DNA of 62,968 nt, counting the filler. It is 3 parts of 3 records of this genome, joined end to end, with 100 filler letters (N's around TTAATTAATTAA, not from the genome) between each part and the next. Parts side by side here need not be neighbours in the genome. Positions count along the whole stretch, not along the records: positions 23,277 to 49,661 come from DRR378314_67; positions 49,762 to 62,968 come from DRR378314_77; 1 more part is not named here. One strand, 5' to 3'. Shown piece after piece: positions 40,820-50,143 of this stretch. Made by a program: the position numbers and the translations under genes. How positions within the stretch are numbered: position 1 is the first letter of the stretch; each line of letters begins with the position of its first letter. The notes beneath the pieces are model-generated. The model saw nothing but the letters and a program-made list of their open reading frames with translations. It did not search any database and was not told where the DNA came from.

Positions 40820-42857
40820 GTTAAGCCAAGGGGAAATTACCTCTTTAGGTGCGTCAATCAAAGATAATGGCGTCAACTTTGCTGTTTATGCCCCATTGGC
40901 AAAGCAATTGTATCTCTGCTTATTTGATGCCAGCGGGCATACCGAAGTGCTTAAATTAGCGATGAACAAAAATGAAGGTGGAGTGTGGAGCTTATTTATT
41001 AGCCCACTGCCTGTCGGTACGTTATATGGGTATCGAGCGGAAGGTGAGTATCAGCCTAGTAAAGGCCTGCATTTTAATAGTCAAAAACTTTTAATAGACC
41101 CATATGCAAAAGACTTATTTGGTGAATTCACTTGGAGTGAACGTCACTACAGTCAAATGCCCATTGGTACATTAAGTGCCGTGAATAATGCCATTGATAT
41201 GCCAAAGTCAAAAGTGACACAGCTACAACCTTATCAAGGTGTTAAACCGAATCATAATTGGGGCAAAACGGTCATTTATGAATGCCATGTTAAAGGGGCA
41301 ACTGCGCGCCACCCTAGTATACCAGAGCATTTAAGAGGTAAATATTTAGGGTTAAGCCACGCTGTATTTATTGAACATTTGCGAGATCTTGGTGTGACAA
41401 CACTTGAATTGTTACCAGTGCATAGTTTTATCAGCGAACAATTTTTAACAGGAAAAGGCTTACAAAACTACTGGGGCTACAACACGTTAAACTTTTTCAC
41501 CCCCCATAAAGATTACCTTGTTGATGATGAAATAGCTGAATTTCAACAAATGGTCTCAGAACTGCACAATGCTGGGATCGAAGTCATACTTGATGTGGTT
41601 TATAACCACACTGCTGAAGCTGGAATTGACGGCCCCTTGTTATCATGGCGCGGGTTAAATAATCCTGGTTACTATCGCGCTGTTGAAGGAGATCCTAAAG
41701 TTTATATTAATGATACAGGCTGCGGCAACACACTCAATATTGACAATCCATATAGCTTAAAAATGGTCCTAGATAGCTTACGTTATTGGGTAGAAATAAT
41801 GGGAGTTGATGGCTTTAGGTTCGACTTAGCTTCAATTTTAGCTAGAACCGCACACGGTTTTAATCAGCAACACACATTCTTACAAGCAATTAATCAAGAC
41901 CCTGTTTTATCAAAAGTTAAACTGATTGCAGAGCCATGGGATATTGGCCCAGGTGGTTACCAATTGGGCGCGTTTCCTGCACCGTGGCGGGAGTGGAATG
42001 ACAAATACCGTGATGTTGTAAGGCGTTTTTGGTGTGGTGAGCAAAACATGTTACCTAAATTAGCTAAGCGATTACATGGCTCATGCGATTTGTTTGATCA
42101 TAATTTAAGAGGCCCGCTTAATAGCATCAATTTTATTACAAGCCATGATGGTTTTACGCTTGCGGACTCGGTCAGTTATGAAGAAAAACATAATGAAGCC
42201 AATGGTGAGCAAAATAGAGATGGGCACAGTGCTAATTATTCCTTCAATTGTGGTGTTGAAGGATTTAGTAATGACCCAAAAATTACTGCTGTTCGTCTGC
42301 AACAGCAAAAAAATATGTTGCTCACATTATTATTGTCTAAAGGCGTGCCAATGCTTGCATCCGGCAGTGAAATGGGCCATTCACAAGGGGGTAACAATAA
42401 CGCTTATTGTCAAAATAATCGCACGAGTTGGCTTGCTTGGAAAGGCTCTCAACGTCGACACCCGCTAACACGATTCATTGATGACGTTTTACGGTTACGT
42501 AAACAACATTGCGTATTTAAACACCGCGTATTTTTGCATGACACAGATAAACGATTCGCAGTTCATTGGTTTAATGAACTGGGCATGCCAATGCAAGAGG
42601 ATGATTGGCATGATGGCAGTAAGCAATTTTTGATGTATAGCTTGCACGATGAACAATTAAAATCTGCATTATTAATTATATTAAATGCAAGTGACGTAAC
42701 GGTAGACTGCATGCTTCCAGAAGCCGAAGAAGGTGATTGGCAGCTAAACATAACAAGCGTTGAAGCAGGTGTTTTAAAAGACACAAAACAATTTGAAGTT
42801 GCTGCGCATAGCAGTTGGGTATTTTCAGCTAATTTAGAAGGCGAAGGTCATGGCTAA
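40803..42857 (+). CDS. glgX: Glycogen debranching enzyme
   Basis: GVNFA, LIDPYAK, NYWGYN, DVVYNHT, DGFRFDLA, AEPWD, HDGFTL. Confidence 0.96.
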   Translation: MSLSIELSQGEITSLGASIKDNGVNFAVYAPLAKQLYLCLFDASGHTEVLKLAMNKNEGGVWSLFISPLPVGTLYGYRAEGEYQPSKGLHFNSQKLLIDPYAKDLFGEFTWSERHYSQMPIGTLSAVNNAIDMPKSKVTQLQPYQGVKPNHNWGKTVIYECHVKGATARHPSIPEHLRGKYLGLSHAVFIEHLRDLGVTTLELLPVHSFISEQFLTGKGLQNYWGYNTLNFFTPHKDYLVDDEIAEFQQMVSELHNAGIEVILDVVYNHTAEAGIDGPLLSWRGLNNPGYYRAVEGDPKVYINDTGCGNTLNIDNPYSLKMVLDSLRYWVEIMGVDGFRFDLASILARTAHGFNQQHTFLQAINQDPVLSKVKLIAEPWDIGPGGYQLGAFPAPWREWNDKYRDVVRRFWCGEQNMLPKLAKRLHGSCDLFDHNLRGPLNSINFITSHDGFTLADSVSYEEKHNEANGEQNRDGHSANYSFNCGVEGFSNDPKITAVRLQQQKNMLLTLLLSKGVPMLASGSEMGHSQGGNNNAYCQNNRTSWLAWKGSQRRHPLTRFIDDVLRLRKQHCVFKHRVFLHDTDKRFAVHWFNELGMPMQEDDWHDGSKQFLMYSLHDEQLKSALLIILNASDVTVDCMLPEAEEGDWQLNITSVEAGVLKDTKQFEVAAHSSWVFSANLEGEGHG

Positions 42858-45360
42858 GAACAGTGAACAAATATGTGTTGCAAAGGGTTGGCAAGATGCT
42901 CCTTTGATTGATGAAAGTACATTGGAAGACGATTTATCGCGGCACTTTTACTACACTTTGGGGCGTGACAAAGTGGGCAAGTCTCAGTTGTATTTATACA
43001 ACGCACTGGCGTTTACTATTCGCGATCGGTTAGTTGCTCGGTGTCGTGCTACCAAACAGCAAATGAACAGTGAAAAGCGTCGTAAAACAGCTTACATCTC
43101 GCTTGAGTTTTTAATGGGCCGAGCAATGGGCAATGCAATTTTAAATCTAGATTTAGACGACCAAGTTAGCCAAGCACTGCAACAATATTGTACTAATATT
43201 GAAGATGTCGCCCAAGCAGAGCATGATGCGGGGTTAGGTAATGGCGGATTAGGGCGCCTAGCTGCTTGTTTTTTAGATAGCTGCGCAAGCCTTGCATTAC
43301 CCGTTGTAGGTTATGGTATACGTTATGAGTACGGTATGTTCAATCAAGCCATTGAAAACGGCCACCAAGTAGAGCAACCGGATAACTGGCTTCGCGAAGG
43401 GCATCCTTGGGAATTAAGCGCGCCAGAGCAATCTAAACGGGTAAAATTCTTTGGTCACGTTGAGTGTTACACAGATAAAAATGGTCGTGAACACCGTCAA
43501 TGGTTAAATACACATGATGTACTTGCAGTTCCTTATGACGTTCCTATTCCTGGCTATAAAAATGATATCGTAAATACCTTACGTTTATGGAAATCAGAGG
43601 CCACCGACGAATTTGATTTAAGTGAGTTCAATGCCGGTAGTTATTCTGAAGCTGTTGCCCATAAAAATCTAGCTGAACAAATTACAATGGTGTTGTACCC
43701 TAATGACAGTAGTGAAAATGGTAAGGAACTAAGGTTACGCCAACAATACTTCTTATCGTCTGCGAGCCTACAAGACACCATTGCTAGTTGGGTATCACAG
43801 CATGGCGAAGACTTTAGTGATTTTGCTGATTATCATGTTTTTCAGCTTAATGACACACACCCAAGTATTGCTGTTGCCGAGCTAATGCGCTTACTCATTG
43901 ATGAGTATGAGCTCGATTGGGATAAAGCATGGCAAATCACAACTGCCACAATGGCGTATACAAATCATACATTATTACCTGAAGCGCTTGAAAAATGGTC
44001 AGTATCGCTATTTTCTCGCTTATTACCGCGCATTTTAGAAATCATTTATGAAATAAATGCCCGTTTTTTAGCTCAAGTGGCGCAAGCATGGCCAGGGGAT
44101 GTAGCTAAACAGCAAGCACTTTCACTTATTGAAGAAGGCCCTGAGCCGCAAATTCGCATGGCGTATTTAGCTATCGTAGGCAGTTATTCTGTTAATGGTG
44201 TCGCCGCGTTACATACAGAGCTGTTAAAAGAAGGGTTGTTTAAATCATTCTTCGAGTTGTGGCCTGAAAAATTTAATAATAAAACCAATGGGGTAACACC
44301 AAGGCGTTGGCTTGCTCATTGCAATCCCAAATTGACCCAGCTTATTAGTGACAAAATTGGGTGTGAGTGGGTGGGTGAGTTCGCTCAAATTAGTCAATTA
44401 CGTCGTTACTTTGATGATGAACAATTTCATACGCAATGGCAGCAAGTAAAGCTTGAAAACAAACAGCGCTTAGTTGATTTAGTCAAAGAACGCTGTGATG
44501 TTGAATTTGATAAACATATGTTGTTTGATGTGCAAGTAAAGCGAATACATGAGTACAAGCGTCAACTATTAAACGTACTGCATGTGATTCACCTTTATGA
44601 CCGTATCCGCCGCGGCGATACTGACAACTTAGTACCTCGTTGTGTACTGTTAGGTGGTAAAGCTGCACCGGGTTACTACATGGCAAAACGCATTATTAAG
44701 TTAATAAATAATGTGGCAGAAGTCATTAACAAAGACCCACTAGCCCAACCTTATTTACGTGTTGCGTTTTTACCTAATTATAATGTGACTGCAATGGAAA
44801 CTATTTGTCCTGCAACGGATTTATCGGAACAAATATCAACTGCAGGTAAAGAAGCATCAGGAACAGGCAATATGAAGTTCATGATGAATGGTGCATTGAC
44901 GATAGGTACCTTAGATGGTGCTAATATCGAAATCAGGGATGCGGTGGGTCAAGATAACTTTTTCTTATTTGGTGCCAAAGCACAAGAAATAGAATCTATT
45001 AAGCAAAACTATAACCCTTTGCATATCATTCACTCTACACCTGATTTACTTAATGTAATGCAACTACTTGAAAGTGGGCACTTTAACTTATTTGAACCAG
45101 GCTTGTTTGATGACATTATCGGCGCGATTAAAAGCCCGCATGATCCTTGGTTAGTCGCTCATGACTTTGAGAGCTTTGTTAAAGCGCAGCGTGATGTAGA
45201 GGGCGCTTATCAAAACCAACAACACTGGACACAAATGAGTATCTTAAATACGGCAGCAAGTGGCGTATTTTCAAGTGATAGAACAATTGGCCAATACAGC
45301 GATGAAATTTGGCATTTGACACCTTTAACATCAAATAAAACGAACATCAGCACAGATTAA
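42850..45360 (+). CDS. glgP: Glycogen/maltodextrin phosphorylase
   Basis: GLGNGGLGRLAACF, LYPND, QLNDTHP, KRIHEYKRQ, EASGTGNMK. Confidence 0.97.
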   Translation: MAKNSEQICVAKGWQDAPLIDESTLEDDLSRHFYYTLGRDKVGKSQLYLYNALAFTIRDRLVARCRATKQQMNSEKRRKTAYISLEFLMGRAMGNAILNLDLDDQVSQALQQYCTNIEDVAQAEHDAGLGNGGLGRLAACFLDSCASLALPVVGYGIRYEYGMFNQAIENGHQVEQPDNWLREGHPWELSAPEQSKRVKFFGHVECYTDKNGREHRQWLNTHDVLAVPYDVPIPGYKNDIVNTLRLWKSEATDEFDLSEFNAGSYSEAVAHKNLAEQITMVLYPNDSSENGKELRLRQQYFLSSASLQDTIASWVSQHGEDFSDFADYHVFQLNDTHPSIAVAELMRLLIDEYELDWDKAWQITTATMAYTNHTLLPEALEKWSVSLFSRLLPRILEIIYEINARFLAQVAQAWPGDVAKQQALSLIEEGPEPQIRMAYLAIVGSYSVNGVAALHTELLKEGLFKSFFELWPEKFNNKTNGVTPRRWLAHCNPKLTQLISDKIGCEWVGEFAQISQLRRYFDDEQFHTQWQQVKLENKQRLVDLVKERCDVEFDKHMLFDVQVKRIHEYKRQLLNVLHVIHLYDRIRRGDTDNLVPRCVLLGGKAAPGYYMAKRIIKLINNVAEVINKDPLAQPYLRVAFLPNYNVTAMETICPATDLSEQISTAGKEASGTGNMKFMMNGALTIGTLDGANIEIRDAVGQDNFFLFGAKAQEIESIKQNYNPLHIIHSTPDLLNVMQLLESGHFNLFEPGLFDDIIGAIKSPHDPWLVAHDFESFVKAQRDVEGAYQNQQHWTQMSILNTAASGVFSSDRTIGQYSDEIWHLTPLTSNKTNISTD

Positions 45361-45374
45361 TACGGAGATAAATT

Positions 45375-46676
45375 ATGCCAAGTTATGCAAATCGTTACAT
45401 AAGTAGTTTAACAAGAGAAACCTACGCGCTCATTTTAGCAGGAGGGCGAGGATCGCGACTCCATGAATTAACTAATTGGCGCGCTAAACCTGCTGTTTAT
45501 TTTGGTGGTAAGCATCGAATTATAGATTTTCCGCTGTCCAATTGTATTAACTCAGGTATCAGGCGAGTGGGTATTGCGACACAATATAAATCGCACTCAT
45601 TAATACGCCATGTTAACCGTGCTTGGGGTCATTTTAAAAAAGAGCTTGGCGAATCGGTAGAGATATTACCAGCATCTCAGCGTTATGGTGACGAATGGTA
45701 CTGTGGCACTGCGGATGCTGTTTTTCAAAATATGGATATAATTCGTCATGAATTACCAAAGTATGTGATGATTTTGTCAGGCGATCACGTTTATCGTATG
45801 GACTACGGTGCATTATTAGCAAAACATGTTGAAACTGGTGCAGATATGACAGTTTGCTGTATAGAAGTTGATTGCGAAGAAGCGGCAGACACCTTTGGTG
45901 TAATGACAGTCGACGAAGAAAAGCGTGTAAAGCGTTTTGATGAAAAACCAGCGTCTCCAAGTTCTATTCCGGGTAAACCTGGCACGTGTTTAGCGTCAAT
46001 GGGTAATTATGTATTTAATACCGATTTTTTGTTTGAGCAATTGAAAAAAGATGCTGAAAATGAAGGATCTGGACGTGACTTTGGTCATGATATAATTCCA
46101 TCAATTATTGAGGAACATAACGTTTTTGCTTTCCCATTTAGAGATCCCGCACATGAAGGTCAACCTTATTGGCGTGATGTAGGTACACTTGATTCATTTT
46201 GGGAAGCTAATATGGAACTTGTTATGCCAGAACCACAATTAGATTTATATGATCCAACGTGGCCTATCTGGACTTATCAAGAGCAATTACCACCGGCTAA
46301 ATTTATTTTTGATAATGACGATAGAAGAGGTATGGCTGTTGATTCAACCGTATCAGGTGGCTGCATAATTTCAGGTTCAGTAGTCAGAAAATCCTTGTTG
46401 TTTTCTAATGTTCATATTCGTTCATATTGCGAAATTGAAGAGTCAGTCATTTTACCTGGGGCAATTATTCATCGTAACTGTAGAATACGCCGTGCCATTA
46501 TTGACCGTGGGTGTGAAATTCCTGAAGGTGTGGAAATTGGTTTTGACGAAAAAGCGGATAAAGAAAATGGCTTTAGGGTGTCTAATAAAGGTATTGTGCT
46601 AGTTACAAGAGATATGTTGACAGAGCTTGCCAAAAAAATAGAACGCCAAGAGCAAGAAAAAAAACGATTAGCTTAA
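45375..46676 (+). CDS. glgC: Glucose-1-phosphate adenylyltransferase
   Basis: [46 protein letters not shown]. Confidence 0.97.
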   Translation: MPSYANRYISSLTRETYALILAGGRGSRLHELTNWRAKPAVYFGGKHRIIDFPLSNCINSGIRRVGIATQYKSHSLIRHVNRAWGHFKKELGESVEILPASQRYGDEWYCGTADAVFQNMDIIRHELPKYVMILSGDHVYRMDYGALLAKHVETGADMTVCCIEVDCEEAADTFGVMTVDEEKRVKRFDEKPASPSSIPGKPGTCLASMGNYVFNTDFLFEQLKKDAENEGSGRDFGHDIIPSIIEEHNVFAFPFRDPAHEGQPYWRDVGTLDSFWEANMELVMPEPQLDLYDPTWPIWTYQEQLPPAKFIFDNDDRRGMAVDSTVSGGCIISGSVVRKSLLFSNVHIRSYCEIEESVILPGAIIHRNCRIRRAIIDRGCEIPEGVEIGFDEKADKENGFRVSNKGIVLVTRDMLTELAKKIERQEQEKKRLA

Positions 46677-46697
46677 GTTGTAGGAAGTAAATAAATA

Positions 46698-48236
46698 ATG
46701 CATGTATTGATGGTTGCGGCCGAAAATGACGCGTTACCTAATGCCAAGGTTGGGGGAGTTGCTGATGTAATACGCGACTGCCCAAACGCATTAAGTAATA
46801 AAGGGATTTTTGTTGATGTAATAATTCCTGATTATGGGTTTAGTCAACTAGACAGAGAACGGTTAGGGACACTGAACGTGGCATTTGCAGGTCATAGCCA
46901 TCAAGTTGATGTATGGCAAGTACATATTGCCAACTCATCATCAAGGCAACTGGTTTTGTCGCATCATTATTTTAGCCAACACAATGGCAATGTGTATTGT
47001 AATGATGAACCTGGTCGACCTTTTGCAACAGATGCGACTAAATTTGCGTTCTTTGGCGCGGCGGTGTGTGAAGGATTACTGCAAGGGATTATTCCATGCC
47101 CTGATGTTATTCATCTACACGATTGGCACAGTGCATGTGTTGCTTTGCTATTAAAGTTTGATAAACGTTATGAAACTCTGCTGCAAACAAAACTTGTGTT
47201 CACTGTGCATAATATTGCATTACAAGGGATCAGACCTTTTAAAGGCGATGAATCAAGTTTAGAGGCTTGGTTTCCATCACTTGGTTATGATGGTCATGTG
47301 ATATGCGACCCACGTTATCCGCATTGTTTTAATCCAATGCGTAGTGCCATTAACCTCGCTGATAAAGTTCACTTAGTATCACCTAGTTATGCTAAAGAGG
47401 TAGTATTACCTAGTGAACCAGATAAAGGGTTCTTTGGCGGTGAGGGATTGGAAAAAGACTTACAAAAAGCGGCTGATATGGATAAAGTCGTGGGTGTTTT
47501 AAATGGTTGCGAGTACACACCAAACGATGAAAATCCCCCTAGCTTCGAGGCTTTGTATGACGCTATAGAAACAGAACTGTTTATATGGCTAGCTAAAAAT
47601 AAGCAATTAGAGTCAGGTTATTATATTGCACATCAACGTTTATTATCGTTTATTAAACATGATGACAAAGGGCCACTGCTGACAAGTGTAGGGCGCTTAA
47701 CCGATCAGAAAGTATTATTATTACGCCAACCATATAACAACAAACTACTTGTAGATGAACTATGTAAAGAGTTGTCAAAGTTTAATGGCAAGATCATTAT
47801 TCTAGGCTCTGGTGACAGTGAATTAGAAGATGTGTTTACTCAAGCCATGGCAAGAAATACTAATCTTTTATTTTTAAAAGGTTATGGGCAGAAGATTGGC
47901 GAATTACTTTATCAACTAGGGGATTTGTTTTTAATGCCTAGTTCATTTGAGCCGTGTGGTATTAGTCAAATGTTAGCTATGCGTGCGGGACAGCCATGTT
48001 TAGTTCATCAAGTTGGTGGACTTAATGACACGGTGACACATTTAGAAAACGGCTTCTGTTTTGATGGCAACACGCTAGAGCTGCAATGTAAAAATCTCCT
48101 GAATTGCTTTATTGAGACTCTTACACTATATAGTAAAGAGCCAAAGAAATGGCAGCATATTGTTAATAATGCGCGCAATGCCCGATTTACCTGGGATGAT
48201 GTCGCACAACAATACATAGAGACTATGTACAAATAG
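46698..48236 (+). CDS. glgA: Glycogen synthase
   Basis: KVGGVADV, HLHDWH, TVHN, GRLTDQK, MPSSFEPCGISQ. Confidence 0.93.
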   Translation: MHVLMVAAENDALPNAKVGGVADVIRDCPNALSNKGIFVDVIIPDYGFSQLDRERLGTLNVAFAGHSHQVDVWQVHIANSSSRQLVLSHHYFSQHNGNVYCNDEPGRPFATDATKFAFFGAAVCEGLLQGIIPCPDVIHLHDWHSACVALLLKFDKRYETLLQTKLVFTVHNIALQGIRPFKGDESSLEAWFPSLGYDGHVICDPRYPHCFNPMRSAINLADKVHLVSPSYAKEVVLPSEPDKGFFGGEGLEKDLQKAADMDKVVGVLNGCEYTPNDENPPSFEALYDAIETELFIWLAKNKQLESGYYIAHQRLLSFIKHDDKGPLLTSVGRLTDQKVLLLRQPYNNKLLVDELCKELSKFNGKIIILGSGDSELEDVFTQAMARNTNLLFLKGYGQKIGELLYQLGDLFLMPSSFEPCGISQMLAMRAGQPCLVHQVGGLNDTVTHLENGFCFDGNTLELQCKNLLNCFIETLTLYSKEPKKWQHIVNNARNARFTWDDVAQQYIETMYK

Positions 48237-48355
48237 GCTAAAAAGATTACTTTTTATAATTTTACTAGTTATAATGTTTGGATACATAAAGTGATTTAAT
48301 GATTTTTTACTATTTATTTTGTAAGTAGTAAAAAATCCAGAAGAAGGGCAATCTA

Positions 48356-49567
48356 GTGCAAGTATTTGTTGCGCGTCAAGCAATATTCAATCGTCGCCAA
48401 CATGTTGTTGCGTATGAATTGTTGTTTCGTAATAGTACAGACAATTTTTTTCCTAATATCGACGAAAGTGTCGCTACTGCAAAGCTTATTATGGAAAATC
48501 AGCTTAACTTTGGCACTCGTCACATTACTTCAGGTAAGAAGGCATTAATAAATATTGGTCCCGATTCATTAAAAATGGATTTATGTACATTTTTACCCTC
48601 CAATGATGTTGTTCTTGAACTACTAGAAGATATAGAGCCAACAGAAGAAAACTATCAGCTTTGCCGTGACTTGTTTCATAAAAATTATATCTTAGCACTC
48701 GATGATTTTGTCTACGAGCCCAAGTGGGATCGTTTCCTAAAGTTTATAAAACTAATTAAATTTGATATTCAAATCACCCCACTTAAACAATTAAATGGTT
48801 TAATTACAGAACTCAAAAAACATAAAAAAATTAAACTGTTAGCAGAGAAAATAGAAACCATTGATGACTTTCAATTAGCGCATAAAATGGGCTTTGATTA
48901 TTTCCAAGGCTACTTTTTTGCTAAACCTAAAGTAATTGAACAAAAAGACATTGATATGAATCATGCGCTGGCTTTGTCTATTTATGCGCAAGCGATGAAA
49001 GAAAACCCAAATATCAACACGATTGCAAGCTTATTCCAGTTAGACACCGCGCTTGCGTTTAAATTGTTAAGGTTGATAAATAGCGGTGTCTTTCCGGTGC
49101 AAAAAGAAATTGAATCCATCAGGCAGGCCTTAGTTTATTTAGGGCATGAGCATATTCGAAAATTTGTTAGTTTAATTATTACTGCACACGTGTCTAAATC
49201 TAAACCCGCTGAATTAGTAAAGATGTGCATCATTCGCGCTAGATTTTGCGAACTAGTCGCTCAGAAAGTGGCACCTAGCCATGCTAACAGTGCATTTTTA
49301 ACCGGTTTATTTTCTTTACTGGACGCTATTTTAGACAGGCCGATGGCACAATTGCTGGATAAATTACCTTTCCCAGAAGAGATTAAATTGGCACTGATGG
49401 CGGAAAAAAATACACTTTTCTATATATTAGAAACAGTTAAAGCGTATGAGTCTGGAAGCTGGTGGGCATTGGAAAAAGCAGTGGTGTTTTTAAATACTTC
49501 AAGTGATGGTTTACCTAAGTTATATGAAAATGCGTTAAGCTGGTCAAATACTCAAAAATATCATTAG
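48356..49567 (+). CDS. EAL-HDOD domain protein (YuxH/CdgJ-like phosphodiesterase)
   Basis: ARQAI, YELLFR, ALDDF, LAEKIE, FQGYFF, then HDOD motifs LLRLINS and GLFSLLDA. Confidence 0.9.
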   Translation: MQVFVARQAIFNRRQHVVAYELLFRNSTDNFFPNIDESVATAKLIMENQLNFGTRHITSGKKALINIGPDSLKMDLCTFLPSNDVVLELLEDIEPTEENYQLCRDLFHKNYILALDDFVYEPKWDRFLKFIKLIKFDIQITPLKQLNGLITELKKHKKIKLLAEKIETIDDFQLAHKMGFDYFQGYFFAKPKVIEQKDIDMNHALALSIYAQAMKENPNINTIASLFQLDTALAFKLLRLINSGVFPVQKEIESIRQALVYLGHEHIRKFVSLIITAHVSKSKPAELVKMCIIRARFCELVAQKVAPSHANSAFLTGLFSLLDAILDRPMAQLLDKLPFPEEIKLALMAEKNTLFYILETVKAYESGSWWALEKAVVFLNTSSDGLPKLYENALSWSNTQKYH

Positions 49568-49661
49568 GGTCTATTGACCTTTGTGGATTAAAATTGGTTC
49601 AAACTAGGGTCGGTTTAATCGCGGGGCGAGGTTTGTAACCTAGTGGGCTAAGTTAAAACCG
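49565..49661. mobile_element. Partial MITE-like repeat (97 bp visible)
   Basis: TA-GGGTCTATTGACCTTTGTGGATTAAAATT... terminal repeat; internal imperfect hairpin at 49630-49660; the contig breaks inside it. Confidence 0.8.
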
Positions 49662-49761
49662 NNNNNNNNNNNNNNNNNNNNNNNNNNNNNNNNNNNNNNN
49701 NNNNNTTAATTAATTAANNNNNNNNNNNNNNNNNNNNNNNNNNNNNNNNNNNNNNNNNNNN
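49662..49761. other. Artificial contig spacer
   Basis: N run with central TTAATTAATTAA (49706-49717). Confidence 0.98.
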
Positions 49762-49790
49762 AATTTTAATCCGTAAAGGTCAACAGACCC
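49762..49790. mobile_element. Terminus of a MITE-like repeat
   Basis: AATTTTAATCCGTAAAGGTCAACAGACCC, followed here by TC rather than TA. Confidence 0.78.
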
Positions 49791-50019
49791 TCGTTACTGC
49801 TTTTTATTATTATTCATTTTATTAGTATAACCTTTCGTTTAAATTTAACTTGTTAAAAATTGTAAATTTTGCAAATTTAAAATTAAAAAAGGAGCCTTTT
49901 TTTGTTGATAGTAATGTTTTTGTAAATATGTAAAAACAACTTTTTATAAATTAAATACATGAAAACAAAGTGGTATTTATTTTGTTGGTTTGTTTTGATG
50001 TTTATTTTGTTAATGCGGT

Positions 50020-50034
50020 GTACAAAATGCTACA
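50020..50034 (+). promoter_or_regulatory. Direct-repeat box GTACA-AAAT-GCTACA (TACA-N6-TACA), copy 1
   Basis: About 110 bp upstream of the S8 protease ATG; the same motif occurs at 56076 and 59655. Confidence 0.7.
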
Positions 50035-50143
50035 CGTTTTAGCGTCACTTTTAACCCTGCTTATGGTTGAATTGTTTGTACAAGCTTTGAATTACTATTC
50101 AGATTGCTTGAATAAATATAATCTAATTATCCAGGGGACACTT

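Noticed and set aside
49565-49790. One element spanning the second gap, or a composite transposon enclosing contig 2
   Set aside because: Both visible ends at the gap are the same end type, the contigs are artificially joined, and the enclosed genes are housekeeping with no transposase.
49970-50143. 58-codon N-terminal extension of the S8 ORF in the track
   Set aside because: ATG 50144 has an SD and begins a clear signal peptide, and the extension overlaps the predicted regulatory box.
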